Source of the DNA: Octopus bimaculoides
Taxonomy: Eukaryota
Assembly (NCBI RefSeq): GCF_001194135.2
Contig: NC_068991.1
Span: forward strand, 17,036,752 to 17,100,751
Reading direction: 5' to 3'
DNA length: 64,000 nucleotides
In this document: positions 1 to 12,338 of the stretch, piece by piece
How the letters are laid out: each line of letters starts with the position of its first letter
How positions within the stretch are numbered: the first letter of the stretch is position 1
Made by a program: the position numbers and the translations under genes
The notes under the pieces: model-generated
Databases searched by the model: none
What the model saw: only the letters and a program-made list of their open reading frames with translations
Told to the model about the DNA's origin: nothing

Positions 1-904
1 TGTGTGTGTGTGTGTGTGTGTTTGTCCCGCAACCATCGCTAGACAACCGATGCTGGTGTGTGTTTACGTCCCTGTAACTTTGTGGTTCGGCAAAAGTGAA
101 CGATAGAATAAGTACTAGGCTTACAAAGAATAAGTACAGTGCTCCAGCATGGCCGCAGTCAAATGACTGAAACAAATAAAAGAAAATAAGTTTTTTTTTT
201 TTATCAAGCATATCTACTCCGGGAACCTTCTGATACCACCTCATAACTACCTATTCATTTCCCTCTTAATTTAACCTTTTATTCCATGGCCTATCATTTT
301 CATTAAGTATCTACTGTCTATCTACATGTTCATTCGCTTCTCTATCTAGCCTTTTATTCATCGGCTTATTCTTTCTAGTATCTACCATCCATCTACCTAG
401 TCATTCTTCTCTTTATCTAACCCGTCATTCATCGATCTATTTCTTTAATTAACTATTTGATACCTACCTGCCAACATACGTACTCACCTGCTCATCTTCC
501 TCTTCATCGAGCTCTTTATTCACTGTACCATCTTTATAATTAACTATTCTAACTCTCGGCTATTGGCGCAACTATGTTGTGCTTAAGAAGCTTATTTCAG
601 TCGCGTGGTTTGATTCCATTGTGCTGAACCTTGGGCAAGTGCCAACTCCTATACTTTCCAATTGATCAGTAATTAATAACTCTTACTGGACTTTACGGTT
701 CAATACTAGACTTGTTTTTTAATTGTTGTTGCTGTTTAATCCCCATGTCGCCCCTAATTGAACAGACCCATGATCAAATGAGCATTCCATCCTTGATACC
801 CCGTCCTTTTTCGAATATAGTCTACCCTCAGGCTACATTATCCAAAGCGTTCTTTTTAAGACAGTATACTGTGGTTAGTTTGAAGATTTAGCTGTTATTC
901 TAAA

Positions 905-1070
905 GTCGAACGACCGTGTCGAACGACCGTGTCGAACGACCGTGTCGAACGACCGTGTCGAACGACCGTGTCGAACGACCGTGTCGAACGACCATGTCGA
1001 ACGACCATGTCGAACGACCATGTCGAACGACCATGTCGAACGACCATGTCGAACGACCATGTCGAACGAC
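905..1070. repeat. 13-bp minisatellite (GTCGAACGACC[G/A]T) x about 12.8
   Basis: Six G-type units (905-982), six A-type units (983-1060), then a 10-bp partial unit. Confidence 0.95.
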
Positions 1071-1228
1071 TTTTTCACTGGTTCTGAGTAATTCTGAGAA
1101 AGGGACTCGAACCCTCAGTTCTTTTCTCTCATACCCTCGAGCAGCTTTATCTTTCATTGTGTTTGTATCCAGTCATGAATTTCGTTGAAACAGATTCAAT
1201 TAACGCTTGAATTATCATTTGCTGACAG

Positions 1229-2044
1229 GTTTCCACAGCTCAGCAGCCAGTTGATAACGACCCTCGTGCACCAGATTTCAACGAGAACTCTGTCGTTGCG
1301 GAGGACGACTCAAAGGAAGACAATGAAAATTTCCAGTACGAAACCGACTTGCAAAGAACATCTTTCGGTGAGAAGAACTTCTCAAATGGCTTTCCAGTTC
1401 TACCGATTAAGAAAGAGAAGCCCGTTAGAGTTGCACAACGTCCAGATCTTTCGGGAACACAGGATGAGAAACACATCATATCGATAAAACACGAATTGCA
1501 GGATGACGATCAACTAGCAGACACGCAGTTGGATTCAGAAAGGAACACTTCCGTAAAAATTATCAAAATCCATAAACCGATTGGTACCTCCCCTCCGAAT
1601 ACGGAAAAAGATCGAGAGGACAGAGACTGGGTCGGTGTTGGTCACGCAAAGCAGGTGGTAACATCTGCCAGCAAAACTGTTTCCGGTAAATCCTCAAAAG
1701 AAATTCCTTCTCCAGTAACTGGTCAAAACATAAAGGAAAGTCACAAGAGGGGCAAGGAAGTTGGTTTACCACTTCAGTTGCCAATATATTCTCATCGTAG
1801 ACTCGTTCCCAGAAGGACGAATCGTACCAAAGAGATTCTTTCAAGCAAAAACATCTCATTACAATCTGCAGCTAAGAACACAGCTAATATGGAAGACAAA
1901 GTCCACCGAACTCGTCAGCAGATGTTTAAGGAACGTCGTTTGATAAGCCATCGACGTAAACCTGTGATGAACATTCCTAAAACAGAAGCGGCCGAAACAG
2001 TAACACAAATGGCTAGCAAGGATCAAGATAGCAACAACGACGAG
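1229..2044 (+). CDS. Probable internal coding exon (272 codons, phase 0-0) of an unidentified, largely disordered protein
   Basis: The frame opens right after tttgctgacag (in-frame TGA at 1223) and stays open to GAG|GTAAGA at 2045. It is non-repetitive and CpG-containing. No recognisable domain, and partner exons are not established. Confidence 0.65.
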
Positions 2045-2086
2045 GTAAGAAAAAAATCAATTAACGTTATTATTATTATTATTATT

Positions 2087-2121
<35 letters not shown>

Positions 2122-2189
2122 TATTATTATTATTATTATTTAGTAGTTTTATTTTTATTTATTGTTATTATTATTATTATTATTATTAA

Positions 2190-2402
2190 AGCGGCGAGCT
2201 GGCGAAACCGTTAGCACGCCGGGCAAAATGCTTAGCAGTATTTCGTCCGTCTTTATGTTCTGAGTTCAAATTCCGCCGAGGTCGACTTTGCTTTCCATCC
2301 TTTCGCGGTTGATAAATTAAGTACCAGTTGCGTACTGGGATCGATCTAATCAACTGGCCCCCTCCCTTCAAAACTTCAGGCCTTGTGCCTAGAGTAGAAA
2401 AG

Positions 2403-2405
<3 letters not shown>
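2190..2405 (+). mobile_element. tRNA-derived SINE family A with (ATT)n tail
   Basis: Head gcggcgagctggcgaaaccgttagc, B-box gagttcaaattcc, core ctttcatcctttcggggtcgataaa. Further copies near 2450, 3580, 5965, 7183, 15760, 16500, 18030(-), 30160, 30900, 33930(-), 34125(-), 53230(-) and 53440(-). Confidence 0.85.
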
Positions 2406-2449
<44 letters not shown>

Positions 2450-3405
2450 AGCGGCGAGCTGGCGGAACCGTTAGTGCGCCGGGCGAAATGCTTAGCGGTA
2501 TTTCGTCCGTCTTNNNNNNNNNNNNNNNNNNNNNNNNNNNNNNNNNNNNNNNNNNNNNNNNNNNNNNNNNNNNNNNNNNNNNNNNNNNNNNNNNNNNNNN
2601 NNNNNNNNNNNNNNNNNNNNNNNNNNNNNNNNNNNNNNNNNNNNNNNNNNNNNNNNNNNNNNNNNNNNNNNNNNNNNNNNNNNNNNNNNNNNNNNNNNNN
2701 NNNNNNNNNNNNNNNNNNNNNNNNNNNNNNNNNNNNNNNNNNNNNNNNNNNNNNNNNNNNNNNNNNNNNNNNNNNNNNNNNNNNNNNNNNNNNNNNNNNN
2801 NNNNNNNNNNNNNNNNNNNNNNNNNNNNNNNNNNNNNNNNNNNNNNNNNNNNNNNNNNNNNNNNNNNNNNNNNNNNNNNNNNNNNNNNNNNNNNNNNNNN
2901 NNNNNNNNNNNNNNNNNNNNNNNNNNNNNNNNNNNNNNNNNNNNNNNNNNNNNNNNNNNNNNNNNNNNNNNNNNNNNNNNNNNNNNNNNNNNNNNNNNNN
3001 NNNNNNNNNNNNNNNNNNNNNNNNNNNNNNNNNNNNNNNNNNNNNNNNNNNNNNNNNNNNNNNNNNNNNNNNNNNNNNNNNNNNNNNNNNNNNNNNNNNN
3101 NNNNNNNNNNNNNNNNNNNNNNNNNNNNNNNNNNNNNNNNNNNNNNNNNNNNNNNNNNNNNNNNNNNNNNNNNNNNNNNNNNNNNNNNNNNNNNNNNNNN
3201 NNNNNNNNNNNNNNNNNNNNNNNNNNNNNNNNNNNNNNNNNNNNNNNNNNNNNNNNNNNNNNNNNNNNNNNNNNNNNNNNNNNNNNNNNNNNNNNNNNNN
3301 NNNNNNNNNNNNNNNNNNNNNNNNNNGGCCTTTATCTCGATATAATAGGTTTTTCGCTTCCCAACAACCACCACGAAAATGGACAGCCTCGTATTTATGC
3401 TAGAA

Positions 3406-3486
<81 letters not shown>

Positions 3487-3769
3487 GACACTTGGTTCGA
3501 TTCCCATAGATGATTCTGTCCATTTTCTTTTTTTTTTTTATGGTGGGGGAATTGACAGAGAATCGCTAGAAAGTCGGAAGTGCTGTGTGGCATTTATTCC
3601 ATGTCTTTACGTTTCGAGTTCTAATCCTGCCGTGGTCAACTTTACTTTCTATCCTTCCAAGGTTGATAAGATAAAGTCCCAGTCAAGTACTGGGATTTAT
3701 TCAGTCGACGAACCCTACCCGAAAAATTTCTGGCCTTATGCTTAAGTTAGAAGCGATTATTATTATTAC

Positions 3770-3839
<70 letters not shown>

Positions 3840-4898
3840 CAAAAACACCCATTATATATATATACGTGCACACGCATATATAACTAATATATCGAATGAA
3901 TGCTCAAATAAACAAGAAAACAAGCAAGTAAACCAAACAAACAAAATATCCAAAAAATATTAATAGACAACTTTATTTTATTCTTTATTTTTAATTTATT
4001 TTATTTCATTTTTTTTTTTTAATCTACTAATCGCAGGATTTAACTTAATGAGATTAGCTTTTTGAGTTATGATTGTCATATTTGTCCTCGATCTTAATCT
4101 AAATTATGGATAGAGAAAGAAAAGAAAAATCAAAGCAATCGGACAAATAGTAAATAGGTTTGAATGGTAGACTTAATGCGTCACCCGGTTTAACTCCACA
4201 AACATCATCTGACTAATGGATGCTTCTAGCAGAGTCCACTCGGTTATAAGCATTCGGTCCAGGTCTCTGATGGCTAAGGACGATTATTTCCCTTCCTCTC
4301 ACCAGTCATGTAGACCACGGAAATATCTCTTTGTCCCCTGAGAAATAACTCATTGAAAATTTGTACTAATGCATTGGTTTTCTTGATGCTATCGTTGTTG
4401 GGCTTTGGTCTGTCACAAGGGGATGTCAGTATCAAAATCTGTTGACTGTTCCGCAATACCAACAACGGAACACAATCAGTTTTTGTTTTTTCTTTTTCTT
4501 TTCTTTTTCTCATTTTCCTTTCTCGATTGATATTATTTTTCTATTGTTGTTATTATTGCTGCTGTTTCCTATTTTTCATCTTATTCACCCAAGTGATGCT
4601 CATACGAAAACACATACACACACATATATATAGAGAGAGAGACACGCATACGCACGCGCGCATGCAGACGCATATTTACACATGGTTACACACAAACACA
4701 AATCCATACACACATGAATATATGTACATACATACATACATACGCATACATCCATGTGTGAATATATAAACTCATACACATACAGAGGCTTATGTGCCGC
4801 TACACAAACAATTATCATAAGATTTAAAGCTCATAATCATGTGTGCGTATAAGTCTCTATGTATATGTGTGTGTGCGTGCATATATGTGCGTGTGTGA

Positions 4899-4943
<45 letters not shown>

Positions 4944-5251
4944 NNNNNNNNNNNNNNNNNNNNNNNNNNNNNNNNNNNNNNNNNNNNNNNNNNNNNNNNN
5001 NNNNNNNNNNNNNNNNNNNNNNNNNNNNNNNNNNNNNNNNNNNNNNNNNNNNNNNNNNNNNNNNNNNNNNNNNNNNNNNNNNNNNNNNNNNNNNNNNNNN
5101 NNNNNNNNNNNNNNNNNNNNNNNNNNNNNNNNNNNNNNNNNNNNNNNNNNNNNNNNNNNNNNNNNNNNNNNNNNNNNNNNNNNNNNNNNNNNNNNNNNNN
5201 NNNNNNNNNNNNNNNNNNNNNNNNNNNNNNNNNNNNNNNNNNNNNNNNNNN

Positions 5252-5304
<53 letters not shown>

Positions 5305-6522
5305 CATATGTATGTATGTATGTATGTATAAAACATGATACAATCCGTTTGTGTCAAAAATCGTAACTAAGTTTCGCGTTTAGCTTATGCTAAGCATCAT
5401 CAGACATACTCAACTAGTTCGTAAAATAGACTTAGGTATATTGCCGTTTTGTTGTTTCAGGTGTAAAATTATTCTAAGGAACATAACTCGTTGTACATAA
5501 ATATTGTTACGTATTAGTTATTTCCCTTGGAAATTAAAAATATGTCAAGGTGAATAACTTAAATTAGTAACTAAGGATGTGGGAAAGTTGGGGACGGCCA
5601 AATGAAAATTAATATGAAAGAGTGTTGGAAATATAAGGTCTCAAGGAATTATTATTATTATTAGAAAGTGTAGTGAAGAAACAGAGAGAATGTGAGTGAT
5701 CCCGTAATAAAATACTCTTCTTTTTGTCTTTCTTTCTTTTTTCTTGTTTTGCTTTTCAGAAATGAGCTAGAAAAGTTATTTCAAAATATCGGTGTATTGT
5801 TAAAAACTATATAAGTATCAGTTAGTGTGTTCAGAATGGAAAAAGATAATAGAGTGAATGTGTAACTGTTCCTGGTAAATAGTTAAGTATTTACCTGAAG
5901 CAATAATGCATAACTTAGATTTATATTTTCAGTATTCTATTATAATTTTCAGTATTTATTATAAGGCGGAGAGCTGGCAGAATCGATAGCACGCTGGGCA
6001 AAATGCTTAGCGGTGTTTCGCTTGTCTGAATTCAAATTCCACCGAGGTTAACTTTGCCTTTCATCCTTTCAGGGTCGAATTCTGGGATCGATGTAATCGA
6101 CTTACCCTAGCTCCGAACTTGCTGGTCTTGTGTCAAAAATGTAGAACCATTGTTTATTATAATACTCTCTTTTTATCTTATATTTTCAACGCTTTAACTT
6201 CCCATTCTCATTTCCATCTAGCAATTCCTTTTTTCCCCTTCCTTAGTTATATTTCAAATCCTTTATCTTTCATATTTATAAACACCTAAAAGAAATAGTT
6301 TAGCCCGGCAATAGTTATATACGAGTTATGTCCCTTATAAAATTTTAACACCCTTTACGCTACAGCAGAAGCGCCTAAATTTGTCGCAAATATTTTAGGA
6401 ATTGGCAGTTTGCTGTTTAATGAGGGTTTGGCATAAACTAAACATAAAAGTTACGATATATAGTCACTAATAAACTATATCTTATATAATATACATATGC
6501 AACCATACATACATACACATAC

Positions 6523-6565
<43 letters not shown>

Positions 6566-6567
<2 letters not shown>

Positions 6568-6900
6568 CAATGTTAATTCTCTAAATGAAGTATTAACAGT
6601 AACTGCACGATAAAGTGTAGTATATTGCCACTTAAGTGTGGCTGACCCCTAGGGGTGGATGTTACTGTTGCTTTTAGCCCCAGGAGGACATCTCCTCCAG
6701 CTGGCTTATCGACAATAACCCTGAAATCCGGATCCGTTCGTGCTGCAGATCGTGGTGAGAGGGATAACTTCCCTTGGCAAACAGGACACAGTCGTGTGTC
6801 GATAAGCCAGCTGGAGGAGATGTCCTCCTGGGGCTAAAAGCAACAGTAACATCCACCCCTAGGGGTCAGCCACACTTAAGTGGCAATATACTACACTTTA
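6566..6900. mobile_element. Foldback/MITE-like repeat with perfect 104-bp inverted arms
   Basis: Arms 6611-6714 and 6797-6900, 82-bp spacer. A truncated second copy lies at 13941-14072. Confidence 0.75.
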
Positions 6901-9759
6901 TATATATACACATGCTTACTTTTTAGTTATCAATCCATTCTCTTGCAAAATGATTTATCTTATTGTTGTTAGAGAGCTGAGTACAGAAGTGGGGGGAAAT
7001 GCAGACAATATTTTCTTCTGCCTTTTTTTTTTTTTTTTTTTTACAATCTAGTACCTTTGTTAACGAACCAGCTGAGGCGTAATAAAGTACCAGTCAAATG
7101 AACGACAGCATCCCCCTTGTACCCTGTGTCTAACCTAGAAATCATGTTTATTATTATTATTATTACTATTAATATTATACAAAGGCGACGAGCTGGCAGA
7201 ATCGTTAGCATGCGGGACGAAATGCTTAGTAGTATTTCGCCTGTCGCTACGTTCTGAGTTCAAATTCCACCAAGGTCGACTTTGCTTTTCATTCTTTTGG
7301 GGGTTGATAAATTAAGTATCAGTGAAACACTGAGGTCGATTGATTGACTGGTCCCCTCCCCCAAAATTCCAGGCCTTGTGCCTATAGTAGAAAGGATTAT
7401 TATTGTTAGTAGTATTATTATTGGGGCTTTTGTTGATGTTTTTATGATTATTTATTTTTGTCATGTTTTTTTTTTTCAGGACAAAATATAGTGAGACAAT
7501 CAATTTATTTTTGTTTGATAATATTTAAGGCTGTCGTTCTAGGTGATATACATGATCAAACAGACTGAAGTAAGGCTGGTCTTGCTCCATGTCAGCAAAC
7601 TTACATGGTATAGTAAAATTGATAAAAAGTGTACAGTTGCCGAAGCACTAGACTTTCCATTCCTTACAGCACGTTGACTGTAGTCTTTTGGCTGATGTTA
7701 CTAGTGTGTGTGTGTATGTGTGTTTGTGTGTGTGTATGTGTGTTTGTGCGTGTGTATATGCATACAGACATATCACATATGTATATAAATATAAATATAT
7801 ATTTACTATCGTATTAGTGTTGGATGCAACTAAACAAAAGTACTCAAACAGTCAATACAATCATGTAGAGTGTATTCTAAGCTGAATCTGATTGAATTTT
7901 GTACTCAAGTTTCACGTTTGGAAATATCTATCTCAATGTTGAAATCTATTTTATGCAAGGGAAATTGAATTCCGTAAAATGAGACAAAAGTAGTACCATG
8001 CCCACTTGTAAGACACTGCTAGAGTTTTTAAATTAGATAAGAATAACTTATAGATAAGTATATAATCTATTTAAAAGAAGGCACTTCAACAACAAAAAGA
8101 AAGTGAGGACTTAATCGTTGTGGGGTAAGTGTATGTAGATCAGTAATAAATATTAACAAATATTTAAAAGGGAGCTAATCAGAGCAGGAGTATTGAAATT
8201 GGGGTTGTAATATGATTAGCGATGATTTCACTATTGTAAGTAAAACAAGGCTAAAGAATACTTAGGGACTTTGTAATAAGTAGGAAAGAAAATATTGAAC
8301 ATCATTTAGTACTCGAGTTCTGATGCTCGTATTGTAAAGGGAGATCATCCTTTCTAGCTACATCCTAAATCATGGCAAGAAGTTCGAATTTTAAATTTAA
8401 GGATAATGAAGATAAAATATACATTATCTTTTACTTCTTTCAGCTGTTGGACTGCAGCCATGCTGGGTCTACACCTTGAAGGGTTTCAATCGAACAAATT
8501 GATCCCAATACTTTTATTGTTTTTGCATGTTTAAAGCCTGGTGCGTATTCTATCAATTACTTAGACCAAATTGCTAGTTATGGAGTCGTAAACATCAGTT
8601 GTCAGGTGGTAGTGGAGGACAAACAAACACACACCACAAACAAATGCACACACACATAAAGTATACATAGTGNNNNNNNNNNNNNNNNNNNNNNNNNNNN
8701 NNNNNNNNNNNNNNNNNNNNNNNNNNNNNNNNNNNNNNNNNNNNNNNNNNNNNNNNNNNNNNNNNNNNNNNNNNNNNNNNNNNNNNNNNNNNNNNNNNNN
8801 NNNNNNNNNNNNNNNNNNNNNNNNNNNNNNNNNNNNNNNNNNNNNNNNNNNNNNNNNNNNNNNNNNNNNNNNNNNNNNNNNNNNNNNNNNNNNNNNNNNN
8901 NNNNNNNNNNNNNNNNNNNNNNNNNNNNNNNNNNNNNNNNNNNNNNNNNNNNNNNNNNNNNNNNNNNNNNNNNNNNNNNNNNNNNNNNNNNNNNNNNNNN
9001 NNNNNNNNNNNNNNNNNNNNNNNNNNNNNNNNNNNNNNNNNNNNNNNNNNNNNNNNNNNNNNNNNNNNNNNNNNNNNNNNNNNNNNNNNNNNNNNNNNNN
9101 NNNNATAACTAGCAATTTGGTCTAAGTAATTGATAGAATACGCACCAGGCTTTAAACATGCAAAAACAATAAAAGTATTGGGATCAATTTGTTCGATTGA
9201 AACCCTTCAAGGTGTAGACCCAGCATGGCTGCAGTCCAACAGCTGAAAGAAGTAAAAGATAATGTATATTCTATCTTCATTATCCTTAAATTTAAAATTC
9301 GAACTTCTTGCCGTACCATGATTTAGGATGTAGCTAGAAAGGATGATCTCCCTTTACAATACGAGCATCAGAACTCGAGTACTAAATACTCCTGCTCTTA
9401 TTAACTCTCTAGATTCTTAGTTATTTATTACCTAGTTATTAATCACTAACACTACCTACTCTTCTCCAAATTGATATCATTTTGTTTCCCTTATTTTTTT
9501 GCTTAAAAGATTATGTAATCATTTATTTGTTGATTCATTTCTTTATAATTCATGTGCATTTCATTCTAACCCTATAGAGTTAGAGTTGTTTTATAGGGGT
9601 ATGTGTTACAGAATCACTATCTCACTTGAAAAATTCCATTCTCACTGCTGTAAATTTAAGACACAAATTTAGAGCTATTCAACTGATAGAAAAATGTACT
9701 TGAGCAGCACCTCAGAATGATTTAGTATAATATATATACACACACATGCACATGTACCT

Positions 9760-9835
<76 letters not shown>

Positions 9836-10225
9836 ATAGATAGATAGACATAGATATAGATATATACATGCACACAGACACATGCGTACACATATATATA
9901 TGTGTATATATGAAAATACAATTATTTTTATTATTATTATTACTATTATTATTAATAACTATTTGTTGCAATAAAAGAATGACTAGTAATGTAATGTCCT
10001 TCAAAATGCCCTTGCGGCAATTAGTGAAATCACTAAACCAACCATTATTACTCTTATATATGATATATAATATATTATTATTATTACTATTATTTATATT
10101 TTTGTTATGATTGTTATACTCTTGTATACCTTAGATACTATTTTGTAATTTTAACAGTCTTGTATTAAAAAGAAATATTTTAAAACAAATATTTTGACTT
10201 CTTATTTATTTCTCTTATATATATA

Positions 10226-10454
10226 CAGGGTCAAAAGTCACCCAACAGTAAATCAAAATTCCATAAATACTATCTGTAATTCTGTATTGACTTGAATGGG
10301 AAAATGTGTTGTACAAAAAGGACTTCAGTTTGAACAATTTTCATGATGCTTTGTATTTAGATGCTTTTATTAAATTCATTCAGTTGCTAAACATAAATAG
10401 ATCTTGGAATTAAATGGTTTTTATTTACTGTCAGGTGACTTTTGGCCAACCCTG
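10226..10454. mobile_element. Tc1/mariner-type MITE
   Basis: TA-flanked imperfect TIRs cagggt..caaaagtcacc..acagtaaa / tttactgt..ggtgacttttg..accctg. Confidence 0.6.
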
Positions 10455-10807
10455 TATATACCATTGCTATTATGCAAAGGTGTTGTAAAGTCCAAAACAT
10501 TGCTTTTTCAGAAAACAACAAAATAGTTTCACCATTCCATAGCAAAACTACACTTCGGCAATTTTTGATATCCTGGCATCTGAAGCAGCTGGAGATACGA
10601 TAGTTTGATGAAAAGAACTGGCTATTGCAAGCAAAAATAATATTGCAAAAAACACATTTGGCCAAATTTGGACATACAACAGTTTAACATAATAGTAACG
10701 ATATATATAACAGATAAGGAAATAATTTATTCTCAAACGCAGAATAATACTGAGAGAAAAGCAGGAACAGGATAAAATATCCATATTTTGCAGAAAAATT
10801 TGTCAGC

Positions 10808-10880
10808 GGCCAGCCATGAGACTCGAACACACATCCCTGTGATTACCAGTCAAGTACTTTACCATTAAGCTAAACTGTCC
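10808..10880 (-). pseudogene. tRNA-like sequence (Thr, GGT anticodon-like), probably element-associated
   Basis: A-box TAGCTTAATGG, B-box GTTCGAGT and a cloverleaf with mismatches in the anticodon, T and acceptor stems; loop CTGGTAA. Confidence 0.55.
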
Positions 10881-10975
10881 ACTGACAAATTAATCTGCAG
10901 TTTTACATTTATCATAATTTGAATTCAACATACAGCATCTTATAAAACTAGATTTAAATTTAATTTTGTGTGTTT

Positions 10976-11406
10976 CACGACCGATCTTTATTCCATTTAT
11001 TTAATTATTTACCATTCAATGTCAACATTTCTGTGCCCAACTCTATCCAGTGACTGATCCGTTGGATGTCTGACGTTTGGCACTTCCTCAGGAATGGCTT
11101 CCATCAGAACAAATTACGAAAAAAAAACACAATTAACACAATTAACGATCATAACAGATTATTAAAATACTTGACTATACCTCTGCCAAGGCAGCATGGC
11201 GGAGGTATAGTCAAGTATTTTAATAATCTGTTATGATCGTTAATTGTGTTAATTGTGTTTTTTCGTAATTTGTTCTGATAGAAGCCATTCCTGAGGAAGT
11301 GCCAAACGTCAGACATCCAACGGATCAGTCGCTGGATAGAGTTGGGCACAGAAATGTTGACATCGAATGGTAAAAAATTAAATAAATGGAATAAAGATTG
11401 GTCGTG
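10976..11406. repeat. Long foldback palindrome (213/210-bp arms, 8-nt loop)
   Basis: Arms 10976-11188 and 11197-11406; by eye 6 substitutions and one 3-bp poly-A length difference. Confidence 0.92.
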
Positions 11407-11798
11407 TTGAAAGTTTCTACCTTTTTAAACATACAAATTTAAAACCTTGGAAATATAAACAATGAGAACGACCCTTAAGGAATCTAATTAATGATCCTTT
11501 GGGGTGAAGTCTTATGCTATATTGGTAACGATTGTGAAATTTACTGGAAAATTATATATCATCGTTTAAACGTCCACCTTCCATGCTAGCATGGGTTGGA
11601 CGATTTGACTGAGGACTGGTGAAACCGGATGGCAACACCAGGCTCCAATCTAATTTGGCAGAGTTTCTACAGCTGGATGCCCTTCCTAACGCCAACCACT
11701 CAGAGAGTGTAGTGGGTGCTTTTACGTGTCACCTGCACGAAAACGGCCACGCTCGAAATGGTGTCTTTTATGTGCCACCCGCACTCGCTCGAAAACCC

Positions 11799-11833
<35 letters not shown>

Positions 11834-12048
11834 GTGTATCTGTACAGATTTTCTATAGTATTTAGAGCTACCACTGGAAATTACAGTGTTTTGTATATGA
11901 ATATGTCTATGAAAAACAGGTAATAAGTTTTCCATGCAATATTTCAGGAGTTGTTGCTCCTTCAACACCACATCCAACTCATTAACTATCCCTGAATACA
12001 TTGCTTATATAGCCACTAAGTTAATCGCTGTATCACTATGGCATAGAC

Positions 12049-12338
12049 CAGTGGTTCCCAAAGTGGGCAATATTGCCCCCCTGGGGGGGGGGAAGTTCCA
12101 TGGGGTTGTTGAAGGAAAGTGAGGCGATAATGGGGTACAATTCATGTAAAAATTGGAGTGATAATGGGGGTAGCCATTCATGTCAAAACAACAAAATAAC
12201 GGTTTCATTAGTTTAAGTCTTATTTGTGAAATACAGTTGCTTTGAATTTGCTTCAGAAAGAGGTCTATGTTTATGATGGTTAGTTGGGGTGGGGGCGCTA
12301 GGAATGTGGCCTGAGTGTCAAGGGGGTGGGAACCACTG
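12049..12338. mobile_element. hAT (Charlie-like) MITE
   Basis: TIR CAGTGGTTCCCA / TGGGAACCACTG; perfect 8-bp TSD GCATAGAC at 12041-12048 and 12339-12346. Confidence 0.88.

Noticed and set aside
905-1070. Regular short repeat resembling a CRISPR array; ORFs 875-1078, 900-1157 and 916-1188
   Set aside because: The units are head-to-tail with no unique spacers and no cas genes, in a eukaryotic context. The ORFs are just translations of the repeat.
6655-6856. Two 60-aa ORFs with identical N-termini on opposite strands
   Set aside because: A direct by-product of the perfect palindrome.
5455-7500. Strong-looking plus-strand acceptors at about 5460, 5759 and 7480
   Set aside because: In phase 0, following the 2044 donor, each hits a stop within a few codons, and no convincing donor or coding signal follows.
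11619-11858. Peptide MKPD..LQLDALPNANHSESVVGAFTCH recurring at 50044-50274 and 58120-58305
   Set aside because: These are antisense readings of repeat family C copies, not a gene family.
11801-12001. 66-aa minus-strand ORF with plausible composition
   Set aside because: Splice sites are weak, the phase does not fit the candidate 19.3-kb exon, there is no motif, and it ends in (TA)n.
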